Source of the DNA: Schlesneria sp.
GTDB taxonomy: Bacteria > Planctomycetota > Planctomycetia > Planctomycetales > Planctomycetaceae
Assembly (NCBI GenBank): GCA_031412755.1
Contig: JANODP010000191.1
Location: forward strand, 2,454 to 66,453
Length of the DNA stretch: 64,000 nucleotides
Reading direction: 5' to 3'
Shown: in pieces, positions 1-8,361 of the stretch
How the letters are laid out: each line of letters begins with the position of its first letter
How positions within the stretch are numbered: the first letter of the stretch is position 1
Made by a program: the position numbers and the translations under genes
Notes under the pieces: generated by a model
Database searches by the model: none
Told to the model about the DNA's origin: nothing
What the model saw: only the letters and a program-made list of their open reading frames with translations

Positions 1-751
1 CGATCAACCTGGCCAATGCGGCCACGGCCGAATGATCCGCGTCGGGCCGACCATCCAACAGGCTGTCGAGGTAGTCATCCAGCGTTTGTCGAGGCCACGG
101 AGACGGGCACGAGCGCGTGGTGTGCGTGAGCAGCGTCCAATCGTCGCGACCCGGAAACGGCACGATCTCGCAGATGTGCCGGGAGGACCGGTTGCCATCG
201 TTGACCGGAGTCAGAGCCTCCACCGCTGACGGACTTTTTAACGGCAGTTCCGAGTCCGGATCGGGACTCCAGAGCGAAGCCCCCAGTGGCAACAACGCTT
301 CCCGCACTGACAGCGGTTGCAACTCCGGAAGGTCAACCAACTCGACAGAGCGCCGCTGCGTCAACCGCTCCGTCAGCAACTGATGCAGATTGCCTCCGGC
401 CCTCACGCCGAGTACGAGGACCGTCTCTGCCGCATCGAGCAGTTCGCGATCCGCCAATGGCAGACCGCGCGAATTCACCACTTGCCGGATCACACCGGAC
501 GCGACATACCGATGAGTGATGCCCAGCCGTTCGGCTCCGCGGCGCAGAAATTCCCGCCCCGCCGTGTCGTCTCCGAGCAGCAACGTCGAACCACAGTCGC
601 GCACGCGGCGCAAAGCGGCTCGCAACCCGCGCAGCCAGACCGCTTCCGGCGGAATCAGGCGCGGCAGCCTCGACATCACAATCGCCACGGTGGGGAAAGT
701 ACTCAATTCATTGAGCCTGACATCGACAGGGACTCGACCATACCGCCACAA
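1..751 (-). CDS. Hypothetical protein, 3' end runs off the left edge of the window
   Basis: Manual translation shows a stop-free minus-strand frame from ~751 to base 1 (…TVAIVMSRLPRLIPPEAVWLRGLRAAL…GREFLRRGAERLGI…DHSAVAALARLI); absent from the ORF track because it has no stop in the window; start uncertain. Confidence 0.55.
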   Translation of the reverse strand, partial: MWRYGRVPVDVRLNELSTFPTVAIVMSRLPRLIPPEAVWLRGLRAALRRVRDCGSTLLLGDDTAGREFLRRGAERLGITHRYVASGVIRQVVNSRGLPLADRELLDAAETVLVLGVRAGGNLHQLLTERLTQRRSVELVDLPELQPLSVREALLPLGASLWSPDPDSELPLKSPSAVEALTPVNDGNRSSRHICEIVPFPGRDDWTLLTHTTRSCPSPWPRQTLDDYLDSLLDGRPDADHSAVAALARLI

Positions 752-888
752 CCAGTCACCAACGATTGCCGCCGCCGATTGTGCCGCGAATGCGATCGTC
801 CGGCCAGCGGTCGACAGATCGCTGGCGAGCGGCCCGTTGCGCGAGTAGTCTCGCGAGACGATTCCACGTTCCTCCGCGCGAGATCCGC

Positions 889-1827
889 ATGTCGCATCGC
901 ATTGTTTCCCTGTTGCCCGCCGCGACCGAGATTGTCTGCGCGCTCGGTGGCGAAGCGCGGCTGGTCGGCCGATCCCACGAGTGCGACTTCCCGCCGAGAG
1001 TGCAGTCGCTGCCAGTCTGCTCGCGCCCGCGCATCGACGTCGGTGGCTCCAGCCGCGACATCGACGACCGCGTGAAGCAGACGCTTCGCGACGGACTGTC
1101 ACTGTTCGAAGTCGATGTCGAGCAACTCAACGAACTGCAACCGACATTGATCCTGACGCAGGCTCAATGCGAAGTCTGCGCGGTCAGTCTGACGGATGTC
1201 GAGGCGGCGCTGGCGGCGCGCGTCGGATCGCGCCCGCATGTGGCGTCTCTTTCACCGAATTGCCTGAACGATGTGTTTGACGACATCCGTCGCGTGGCAA
1301 AGGTCCTCGACGTCGATGAACGCGGTGAAGCACTGGTCAGCGAACTCACCGATCGGCTGGCACATCTCTCACAAGGGATCGCACGTGGGGCATCGCATCG
1401 CGGCGAGCAGCCCGTTCGACCGCGCGTCGTGTGCATCGAATGGCTCGAACCACCGATGACCGCTGGAAACTGGGTGCCCGAGTTGGTGGCGATTGCCGGT
1501 GGAGAGAACCTGCTCAGCCAGCGTGGCCAGCATTCGCCGTGGCTGGATTGGGGCGACTTGGTTGCGGCAAATCCCGAAGTGCTGGTCCTGATGCCCTGTG
1601 GTTGGAGCATCTCGCGCGCGCGGGCCGATCTGCACTGGTTGACGGCGCGTCCCGAATGGCCCGCGCTCCAGGCCGTTCGCCAGGGGAAAGTCTTCGTCGC
1701 CGACGGCCATCACTACTTCAACCGACCCGGCCCGCGGTTGATCGACTCGGCCGAAATCCTGGCCGAGATTCTGCATCCCGACCTCTGCCACGACGGTCAC
1801 CGCGGTACCGGTTGGGAGCCGCTTTGA
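889..1827 (+). CDS. Cobalamin/Fe-siderophore ABC substrate-binding protein (BtuF-like)
   Basis: MSHRIVSLLPAATEIVCALG, GRSHECDFP, EWLEPPMTAGNWVPEL, FNRPGPRL motifs; start re-assigned to ATG 889. Confidence 0.85.
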   Translation: MSHRIVSLLPAATEIVCALGGEARLVGRSHECDFPPRVQSLPVCSRPRIDVGGSSRDIDDRVKQTLRDGLSLFEVDVEQLNELQPTLILTQAQCEVCAVSLTDVEAALAARVGSRPHVASLSPNCLNDVFDDIRRVAKVLDVDERGEALVSELTDRLAHLSQGIARGASHRGEQPVRPRVVCIEWLEPPMTAGNWVPELVAIAGGENLLSQRGQHSPWLDWGDLVAANPEVLVLMPCGWSISRARADLHWLTARPEWPALQAVRQGKVFVADGHHYFNRPGPRLIDSAEILAEILHPDLCHDGHRGTGWEPL

Positions 1828-1837
1828 CCGTGGAGTC

Positions 1838-1930
1838 GGTTTCCAACCTGCCACTACTGTAGTCTCGCCGCTCCGTCGGCGAGACATCCGGTCGGCGGAG
1901 CGACCGGACTACGACAGGTTTCCAACCTGC
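1838..1930. repeat. REP-like intergenic element
   Basis: GGTTTCCAACCTGC repeated at 1838-1851 and 1917-1930, flanking short hairpins (CCGGTCG…CGACCGG). Confidence 0.6.
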
Positions 1931-2009
1931 TCGTGTTTGGTCGAATCATTCCCGCGCGGTGGGTAGCATCTTCCTCGCTTCGCGCTCGTCACACTCTTGA
2001 AGGAACCTC

Positions 2010-3101
2010 GTGATGCCCAGAGTTGTTGTCTCCGCCTTGATGCTCGTGCTCGGTTCGCTCTTCACCGCGTCGGCCGCCGAGATCGTCACGATCGCGGGGA
2101 CCGGCAAAGACGAGTTCTCCGGTGACGGCGGCCCCGCGCTCAAGGCGGGCGTCGGACAACCGTTCGGCCTCGAAATCGGACCGGACGGCGCGCTGTATTA
2201 CTGCGAGTACTCCAATCACATCGTGCGACGACTCGATCTCAAGACGAGCACGGTCACCACGGTCGCGGGCACGGGACGCCAGGCGGGCTACGCGGGAGAC
2301 GGCGGCCCGGCCACGAAGGCCCTGATGAATCAGCCTCACGAATTGCGGTTCGATGCGGACGGCAACTACTACATCTCCGACATGCTCGGGCAGGCGGTGC
2401 GGCGCGTCGATTGGAAGACCGGCACCATCACGAGTGTCGCGGGAACGGGCAAAGCCGGATTCGCGGGAGACGACGGACCCGCCACGGCGGCGCTGTTCGA
2501 TTTGCCCATCTCAGTCCTGTTGGATCGCTCGAAGGGCCTGCTGATCTGCGACATCAAGAACCACCGCGTTCGTCGCGTGAACCTCGGTACGGGAATCGTC
2601 ACCACGTTCGCGGGGACGGGCGAGAAAAAGGCGACCCCGGACGGAGCACCACTGGCGGGAACGCCGCTCAACGGACCAAGAACACTCGCGCTCGAGGCCG
2701 ATGGCAACGTGATCATCGTGCTGCGCGAAGGAAACTCGGTTTACCGGGCCGATCTCAAAACGAAGACGCTGCATCACATCGCCGGCACCGGCAAGCAGGG
2801 GTTTGGAGGAGACGGCGGCGATGCGAAGCAGGCTCAACTCGCCGGACCCAAGGGTGCCACGGTCGATCGCGACGGAAACATCCTGCTGTGCGACACAGAG
2901 AACCACACGATCCGCCTCATCCGCAAGACGACGGGCGTGATCGAATCGCTCATCGGCGACGGCAAAGCAGGAGACGGTCCCGATGGCGACCCGAAGAAAT
3001 GCCGCCTCAATCGACCGCACGGCGTCTTCGTCGATGTGACCGGCAACATTTACGTCGGCGACAGCAGCAACCACAAAGTCCGAAAGCTGACAATCAAGTG
3101 A
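2010..3101 (+). CDS. Secreted NHL-repeat (beta-propeller) protein
   Basis: Signal peptide (ASA-AE) and repeated AGTG…GDGGPA…L..P units. Confidence 0.85.
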   Translation: MMPRVVVSALMLVLGSLFTASAAEIVTIAGTGKDEFSGDGGPALKAGVGQPFGLEIGPDGALYYCEYSNHIVRRLDLKTSTVTTVAGTGRQAGYAGDGGPATKALMNQPHELRFDADGNYYISDMLGQAVRRVDWKTGTITSVAGTGKAGFAGDDGPATAALFDLPISVLLDRSKGLLICDIKNHRVRRVNLGTGIVTTFAGTGEKKATPDGAPLAGTPLNGPRTLALEADGNVIIVLREGNSVYRADLKTKTLHHIAGTGKQGFGGDGGDAKQAQLAGPKGATVDRDGNILLCDTENHTIRLIRKTTGVIESLIGDGKAGDGPDGDPKKCRLNRPHGVFVDVTGNIYVGDSSNHKVRKLTIK

Positions 3102-3195
3102 CGGGGATCGATGCCACGTGGCCGAGTTCCATTCGAAAATCACGAACCGGCCCTTGCTGTCACCCAGTCAAGAAACTATTCTCTCCCCGACTTCA

Positions 3196-3279
3196 GCCCA
3201 GGTGGCGGAACTGGCAGACGCGCTAGGTTCAGGACCTAGTTCCTTCACCGGAGTGCAGGTTCGATTCCTGTCCTGGGCA
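3196..3279 (+). tRNA. tRNA-Leu(CAG), CCA not encoded; integration target
   Basis: GCCCAGG acceptor stem pairs with CCTGGGC; D-loop GGCGGAACTGGCAGAC; anticodon stem CTAGG-TTCAGGA-CCTAG; long variable arm; T-loop GGTTCGATTCC. Confidence 0.97.
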
Positions 3280-3334
3280 TCTTGGTAACAAAGGACTTGG
3301 GGAAATGCTTCCCAAGTCCTTTTTCTTTTCGCTC
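3225..3334 (+). repeat. attL: 110-bp direct repeat with 47813-47922
   Basis: Base-by-base match from the anticodon stem to 55 bp past the tRNA; single mismatch (3319 C vs 47907 T). Confidence 0.95.
3290..3330 (+). terminator. Rho-independent terminator after the tRNA
   Basis: AAGGACTTGGG (3291-3301) / CCCAAGTCCTT (3311-3321) stem followed by a T-rich tract. Confidence 0.75.
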
Positions 3335-3342
3335 GTGTGAGT

Positions 3343-3362
3343 GGGGGGCAAATCGGGGGGCA
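3343..3362 (+). repeat. Putative integrase arm-binding site, left
   Basis: GGGGGGCAAATCGGGGGGCA, also present at 47665-47684. Confidence 0.65.
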
Positions 3363-3430
3363 ATGTTGGGGATGCGTGGCTTCTGCGTCGCTTTTCATCG
3401 CAGCGACAATCAATGCAGGGGGACGCACTC

Positions 3431-4642
3431 ATGGCTTGGCTCGAACGGAAGGGAAATGTCTTTCAGGTGTCGTTTCGCTGGGACGGTCGGAAGTTTCGAC
3501 GATCGCTCGGGACGACGGAGAAAGTGGATGCTGATGCCCGCGTGGCACGGATCGATCGACGGTTGCAGCTCATCGAGCAAGGTGATTTGGTGGTTCCTGA
3601 CGGAACGGACCTCCTTACCTTCTTGATGACCGACGGGAAGCCGCAGCCGAAGATCGTGCTGCCCACCAAGGAACTGACGTTGGCGGAGTTGTTCGAACAG
3701 TATCGAACGACTCTACCTGCCGACTCGATGGAGCGGAACTCGTGGTACACCGTGACCATCCACCTCAAGCATCTCGAAGCGCTGCTTGGCGCAAACTTCT
3801 CGGTGGTGAAGCTGACGATGGTCGATCTGCAGAAGTATGTCGATGGTCGAATGAAACAACCGGGGCGACGCGGGCGAATGCTGAGTCCGACGACGATCAA
3901 GAAGGAACTCACCAGCTTCAGCGGCGTGTGGACTTGGGCTATTCCACGGGGCTTGGTCAGCGGTCCATTCCCCAACAAGGGGCTGCGGTACAGCAAGATC
4001 GATCACAAGCAACCGTTTCAGACTCGGCAAGAGATCGAACGGCAGATCGGTCGCGGTGGGCTTTCCGAAGTCGAACAGGCCGAGTTGTGGGATGCCTTGT
4101 ATTTGGGTCTCGATGAGATCGATCAGGTCTTGCAACACGTACAGTCCCACGCACAACATCCCTTTCTTTTTCCGATGATGCTGATGGCGGCCCACACTGG
4201 AGCACGACGAAGTGAATTGATTCGGTCACAAGTCGCTGATTTCGACTTTGCCGCCGGTGTTGTTCATATTCGCGAGAAGAAGCGTGTCCGGGGGAAGCGC
4301 TCGCTGCGATCCGTTCCATTGTCGCAGCGGCTTCAAAAAGTGATGACGGAATGGCTCGATGGCGTGACCGGCCGGCATACGTTCGGTATGAACGGCGAGC
4401 CGCTTTCGGTACGCGAAGCATACGACCAATTCAAGCGAACGCTCGCGGGGAGTGCGTGGAAAAACGTGCGAGGATGGCATGTCTTCCGGCACTCGTTCAT
4501 CTCGAACTGTGCTGCGAAGGGACTCGACCAACGCATCATCGACGCATGGGCGGGACATCAGACGGAAGAGATGCGGCGGCGGTACACGCATCTCTTTCCG
4601 AACGTGCAACAGGCGGCGATTCGGTCAGTGTTTGAGCGGTAG
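3431..4642 (+). CDS. int: Tyrosine recombinase/integrase
   Basis: HTGARRSEL (Arg), HVFRHSF (HxxR), AGH and RRRYTH catalytic motifs; N-terminal arm-binding-like segment; start re-assigned to ATG 3431. Confidence 0.95.
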   Translation: MAWLERKGNVFQVSFRWDGRKFRRSLGTTEKVDADARVARIDRRLQLIEQGDLVVPDGTDLLTFLMTDGKPQPKIVLPTKELTLAELFEQYRTTLPADSMERNSWYTVTIHLKHLEALLGANFSVVKLTMVDLQKYVDGRMKQPGRRGRMLSPTTIKKELTSFSGVWTWAIPRGLVSGPFPNKGLRYSKIDHKQPFQTRQEIERQIGRGGLSEVEQAELWDALYLGLDEIDQVLQHVQSHAQHPFLFPMMLMAAHTGARRSELIRSQVADFDFAAGVVHIREKKRVRGKRSLRSVPLSQRLQKVMTEWLDGVTGRHTFGMNGEPLSVREAYDQFKRTLAGSAWKNVRGWHVFRHSFISNCAAKGLDQRIIDAWAGHQTEEMRRRYTHLFPNVQQAAIRSVFER

Positions 4643-4918
4643 CAATCCCTCGGACTGTATGCGTTGAAGTTCTTCGTGGGGAATCATCCATTCGAGAGAG
4701 CGTCCGCGCCCACTCGCTCTTTTCGTGGCGCGTACGCGGCCGTGCCGGCACCATTCCCGAATCGTGAACTCGGCCTTGCCGAGGATGCGGGCGGCATCGG
4801 CGGTCGAGTAGGACTGTTGCACTGTCTTCTGCTGCAAGAGGACTCGTAGCGAGTCCTCAATTCGATCCAACCGATTGACGAGCAGTGACAGTGCAATCGG
4901 ATCAGACAACTCGTTCAT
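4625..4918 (-). CDS. HTH_17/excisionase-like DNA-binding protein
   Basis: YSTADAARILGKAEFTIREWCRHGRV motif; converges on and overlaps the integrase 3' end. Confidence 0.8.
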   Translation of the reverse strand: MNELSDPIALSLLVNRLDRIEDSLRVLLQQKTVQQSYSTADAARILGKAEFTIREWCRHGRVRATKRASGRGRSLEWMIPHEELQRIQSEGLLPLKH

Positions 4919-5089
4919 CGGAGCACTCCGAAATTCTTCATGGAACTTTGTTGATGATGGACAGAATGGCGGCGAATCCGGGAACGGTCCATCGCGCGAC
5001 TCAGCAGGTCAATGCGGGTGATGCGAACTTCGCGATTCGACGTATTGCTGCGACAGTTGCGGGACACGGATAGCTGCGGTCAGCGAGGT

Positions 5090-5290
5090 TCAAGGACGAC
5101 GCGTACTGGTAGTCGCGGCCGTGGACGATCGGCAGGCGTTGAGGTATGCCTGGAACTGCTCCTCACTCACCCTGATCGCCCCGTCATGCGGTCCGATGCG
5201 GAACGCCTGGAGCTTTCCGGTCTCAACAAGTGCATACACCGTCGAGACCGCCACTCGCAGACGCTCCGCGACTTCAGGGACAGTCATCAT
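5090..5290 (-). CDS. Excisionase-family HTH protein
   Basis: MMTVPEVAERLRVAVSTVYALVETGKLQAFRIG…IRVS; start overlaps the stop of the upstream ORF. Confidence 0.85.
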   Translation of the reverse strand: MMTVPEVAERLRVAVSTVYALVETGKLQAFRIGPHDGAIRVSEEQFQAYLNACRSSTAATTSTRRP

Positions 5291-5487
5291 GTGGTTGGGT
5301 TTCCTTTCGCGGCCGGGCGGGAATCTCCACTCGGTTGTTCCGCCCTCGCCTTCAATGCGTCCCAGAAGTGTTTGCGACACAGCGTTCCTTTGAGGCCGTC
5401 GCGGAACGCGGCATCGACGGCGTCGTCGGTCTTCTGGCAGCACCAGATACAGGTGCCGGACGTGAGGTTGTTGATCGTGACGAGCAT
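5287..5487 (-). CDS. Small Cys-containing hypothetical protein
   Basis: 66 aa with CIWC…LCRKH; translationally coupled to the downstream HTH gene. Confidence 0.6.
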   Translation of the reverse strand: MLVTINNLTSGTCIWCCQKTDDAVDAAFRDGLKGTLCRKHFWDALKARAEQPSGDSRPAAKGNPTT

Positions 5488-5592
5488 CGGATTCTCCTAT
5501 CGGTGTGAGGATCGAACTTCACCGCGTGTCGGGCACGCGCCCGGCAGTTGCACGGAAATTGCTTTTCGACCATGACGTACACGCATGGGTGA

Positions 5593-5967
5593 TTACCTGG
5601 TTCGGCTGACGAATTTGTTGCCTCGCTTTTCAACGACGCATCCAGTTGGAAAAGAGGAAGCCAATTGCATGAGTTGCATTGCCTCCTCGCGGGCGTCATC
5701 GGATGTCAGGAAGTTGCCAAAGCCCGCCTCCGCGTAACTCGAACTGAGCTTTTCGGCGAACTCCTGTTCGGAAATCGGCGCCTCTTGAACGACGAACGTG
5801 GTTGTGGCTTTGTGGCACTGAATGCCGACGAGTGATCTGCGGCAGCCGCAAGGACCATCGATTCGCTCACCGTCGCATTCGGTGGCGAATCGGAGTAGCT
5901 CTCCGCACGCGACAAAACAAAAATCACTCTTTCGTTCGCCTTGCGTTTCTTTCGTTGCGACGAACAT
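5593..5967 (-). CDS. Hypothetical protein (DUF7715-like, Cys-rich)
   Basis: MFVATKETQG…DF…GEL…C…CGCRRSLVG…HKATTT pattern; start re-assigned to ATG 5967. Confidence 0.6.
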   Translation of the reverse strand: MFVATKETQGERKSDFCFVACGELLRFATECDGERIDGPCGCRRSLVGIQCHKATTTFVVQEAPISEQEFAEKLSSSYAEAGFGNFLTSDDAREEAMQLMQLASSFPTGCVVEKRGNKFVSRTR

Positions 5968-6025
5968 TTTTCTTGCCGGTGATGTGGATGCATTGCTACG
6001 CACGTGTGGAATGGGGAAAAGGAAA

Positions 6026-6727
6026 TCAACGCTTCTCGAACACCATGCAGGTGTCGTGAAGCCCTGGAATAAATGAGGACCGGTAAACCTTCGTGGAGCT
6101 GCTCGCCCCGTGGCTGAAACGAATGATGTCGGTGCAGCACTGCTTGAGACCTGCGGCGAAAGCCAGCCGCTTCGTCCAATAGGTCAACGGGACGAATCCC
6201 GCCTCACGGTCGCTGTAATCGCCCATGAGGATCGCGAGCTTCCCGCCTGGACTCAGCACCGATACGCAGTTGCGTATCAAGCAGTCGTAGCGGTGGATGA
6301 AGTAGGCGAGCGTCGGAGCGGTGCTCATGTCGCGCCGGTCGGTGCCGTATACCTTCATCCTCCAGTACGGTGGATGGATCCAACAAAAGTCGAACGCGCC
6401 GATTCCCTCGAAGTTCCTCGGATCGCAGGCATCGAACCCGAACCGGATGTCTTTCGATATGCAGAGAACGTCGAACTCGTCACACACATCGCGACACGTG
6501 CCGCTCCCCGTCATCGGGTCCAGGACCGTCTTCGGTTTGAAGTACCGAATGAGGTCTTTGATTAACTCTCCCGAACAATTGCCCGGATACCGACGGTCGC
6601 CATACGGTCCCGCGTCGGCGCGGTGGTAGAGGCTCGTGAGCCAGGGAACGGGGGAGCCGTTCGTCGGCGCGCGAGGGAGAACCGCAATCTGCGGTAGAGC
6701 CGGTGATGTGAATGCGACGCTTCGCAT
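6026..6727 (-). CDS. Orphan amino-DNA methyltransferase (N6-A/N4-C)
   Basis: SAM-binding VLDPMTGSGTC and catalytic-type HPPYW motifs; RBS-like spacing before ATG 6727; no cognate restriction enzyme nearby. Confidence 0.85.
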   Translation of the reverse strand: MRSVAFTSPALPQIAVLPRAPTNGSPVPWLTSLYHRADAGPYGDRRYPGNCSGELIKDLIRYFKPKTVLDPMTGSGTCRDVCDEFDVLCISKDIRFGFDACDPRNFEGIGAFDFCWIHPPYWRMKVYGTDRRDMSTAPTLAYFIHRYDCLIRNCVSVLSPGGKLAILMGDYSDREAGFVPLTYWTKRLAFAAGLKQCCTDIIRFSHGASSSTKVYRSSFIPGLHDTCMVFEKR

Positions 6728-6761
6728 GGTGAATAAGGAGAAAGAAGTAAGTTGCCCGCTT

Positions 6762-6961
6762 GTGCAGGCGAGCCTTGCACCTGCACGCCGCGGCCGGCGG
6801 TCAAAAGCCGCAGACCCGAGAGGGGACCGGCTTGACCGCCGAGAAGCCGCCAGCGTGCGAGAGTTCTGCCGCCTGCACGGAATTCCCAAAAGAGTTGCGG
6901 AGAGCGGGGGTAAACCTGCCCGCTTCCGCAAGAGGGAAGAGCGTCAAGGTCTGTCGCGCTG
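6762..6961 (-). promoter_or_regulatory. Nested-hairpin leader upstream of the methyltransferase (candidate ssDNA promoter)
   Basis: Inverted repeats 6762-6770/6870-6878, 6796-6804/6832-6840, 6895-6908/6919-6931; CTTGAC (6831-6836) complementary to GTCAAG (6943-6948). Confidence 0.4.
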
Positions 6962-7036
6962 GCAGTCCGGAGGGACCGCACTACGCAAACGACTCATGAA
7001 GGAATCGGAGGCCGTCACGGCAGCCTCCGGATTGCT

Positions 7037-7381
7037 TTACGCCGCAGCATCATGCTGCATCAAACCGGTGATCGTCTCCGATGCCTGCTGGCAGAGAGAG
7101 ACAATCTTTCCCAGAGATTCAGGATCGAAACTCCGGGTGTAACGATATCGGCCGTCCCGATCTTTGTACGACCTTTCGATCGTGATCGAGTAAAAGACCT
7201 TCGGCTTGCCCTGCACGAGATGTTCTCTCGCCCAGATACTCGCTGAACAGTCATCGACGCGAATCGTCGCTACCGGCTTACGCCCCGCATCCTGCGAAGC
7301 GTTGGTCGCATCCGTCGCGACCGGTTGTTCCGCCGTCTTTGTCACGGCAACGTCCTTGTTCTTCTTGGTGGCTTTTTCCAT
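7037..7381 (-). CDS. Small PC4/SSB-like putative ssDNA-binding protein (copy 1)
   Basis: SASIW…YSITIERSYKDRDGRYRYTRSF..ESL pattern shared with 7475-7726 and 16190-16525. Confidence 0.6.
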   Translation of the reverse strand: MEKATKKNKDVAVTKTAEQPVATDATNASQDAGRKPVATIRVDDCSASIWAREHLVQGKPKVFYSITIERSYKDRDGRYRYTRSFDPESLGKIVSLCQQASETITGLMQHDAAA

Positions 7382-7474
7382 AAAGCGTAGGGGGAAGGGA
7401 ACGGGTAAAAACCCAGCCGGCCGATTGCTCGCTTCCGTGAAAGAAAACAAGCGGCCGGGCTGGACGCCTGAAAA

Positions 7475-7726
7475 TCACTCGTTGGTCGGTTCAGCCTCCT
7501 TTGTCAGGATGTGCTCCCAAGCCTGGCCGATCAGCAACTGCGCAATCGGCAAGTCGTCCCGGCCGAGCGAAGTCGTCGTCTTCCACGCACCGCCGTCTTC
7601 GCGGTAGATCTTCTGAATGGTCACTTTGTGGAATGTGGTCTCACCCGAGCGGTTCTCGAAGACAGAGACCTTCACGCCGCGTCGGCGAAGCACGTGAATT
7701 GGCTTGTTGGTCGTTGATTCCGACAT
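7475..7726 (-). CDS. Small PC4/SSB-like putative ssDNA-binding protein (copy 2)
   Basis: VKVSVFEN…HKVTIQKIYREDGGAWKTTTSLGRDDLP; the ORF-track frame from 8365 is over-extended. Confidence 0.6.
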   Translation of the reverse strand: MSESTTNKPIHVLRRRGVKVSVFENRSGETTFHKVTIQKIYREDGGAWKTTTSLGRDDLPIAQLLIGQAWEHILTKEAEPTNE

Positions 7727-8106
7727 GGTATTGCTCCTCACGTTTGGTTGATGCGTGTTGGATTCAAGATGTGCGAAGGTCCGGTAAATGAGCGGCATTC
7801 GCGAGGAACTCCTGCGAGCGCAGGAAATGACCAAATCGGTCCACTTGCTGAGGCTGTACGGCTCGTGCTTCCATCGCGGCTGCACGGTTGGCGCTACGAA
7901 GTAGTCCTGACGGAACACTCGCCAGCGAGACGGTCGTTTGGCGTCCATGCGAGAGTGGGGAACTGAATAGAGCGCCGAAGAGCAGCAGAACAACCGACCC
8001 GCACTGCCCTGAGGGGCGGATAGGATGGCTCGGCTCGAACAGGAAGGGCGGACAGCTTCACTCCGCGCGAGCGGAGAACGGGCCGACCGCAGTCGGGGTG
8101 CCCGTT

Positions 8107-8360
8107 GGGGTGCCGGGGCGTAGCCCTGGCGAGTGTAGGTGCATCGTGGCGTGGAACGACTGACCATCGGGCGGACAGGGAGCGCAGCGAACAACCGCCC
8201 CCCCGAACTACACTCGCCAGGGATTGAACGGCCGTAGCCGTGAAAGCCCTGGCACCCCGAAGCTGGGGAGGGGACTGGAGTTGTCGCAATTCGTTGCATC
8301 GAACCACGGACGTCCGCCGCGGACCGATTCCGGACCTGTCGGCGGATGGATTCCGGACCT
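8107..8360. promoter_or_regulatory. Highly structured intergenic region 3' of relaxase 1 (candidate oriT/ssi or ncRNA)
   Basis: 13-bp stem 8107-8119/8246-8258 (one G-T), perfect 15-bp stem 8124-8138/8208-8222, direct repeat GATTCCGGACCT at 8326-8337 and 8349-8360. Confidence 0.45.
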
Positions 8361-8361
8361 T

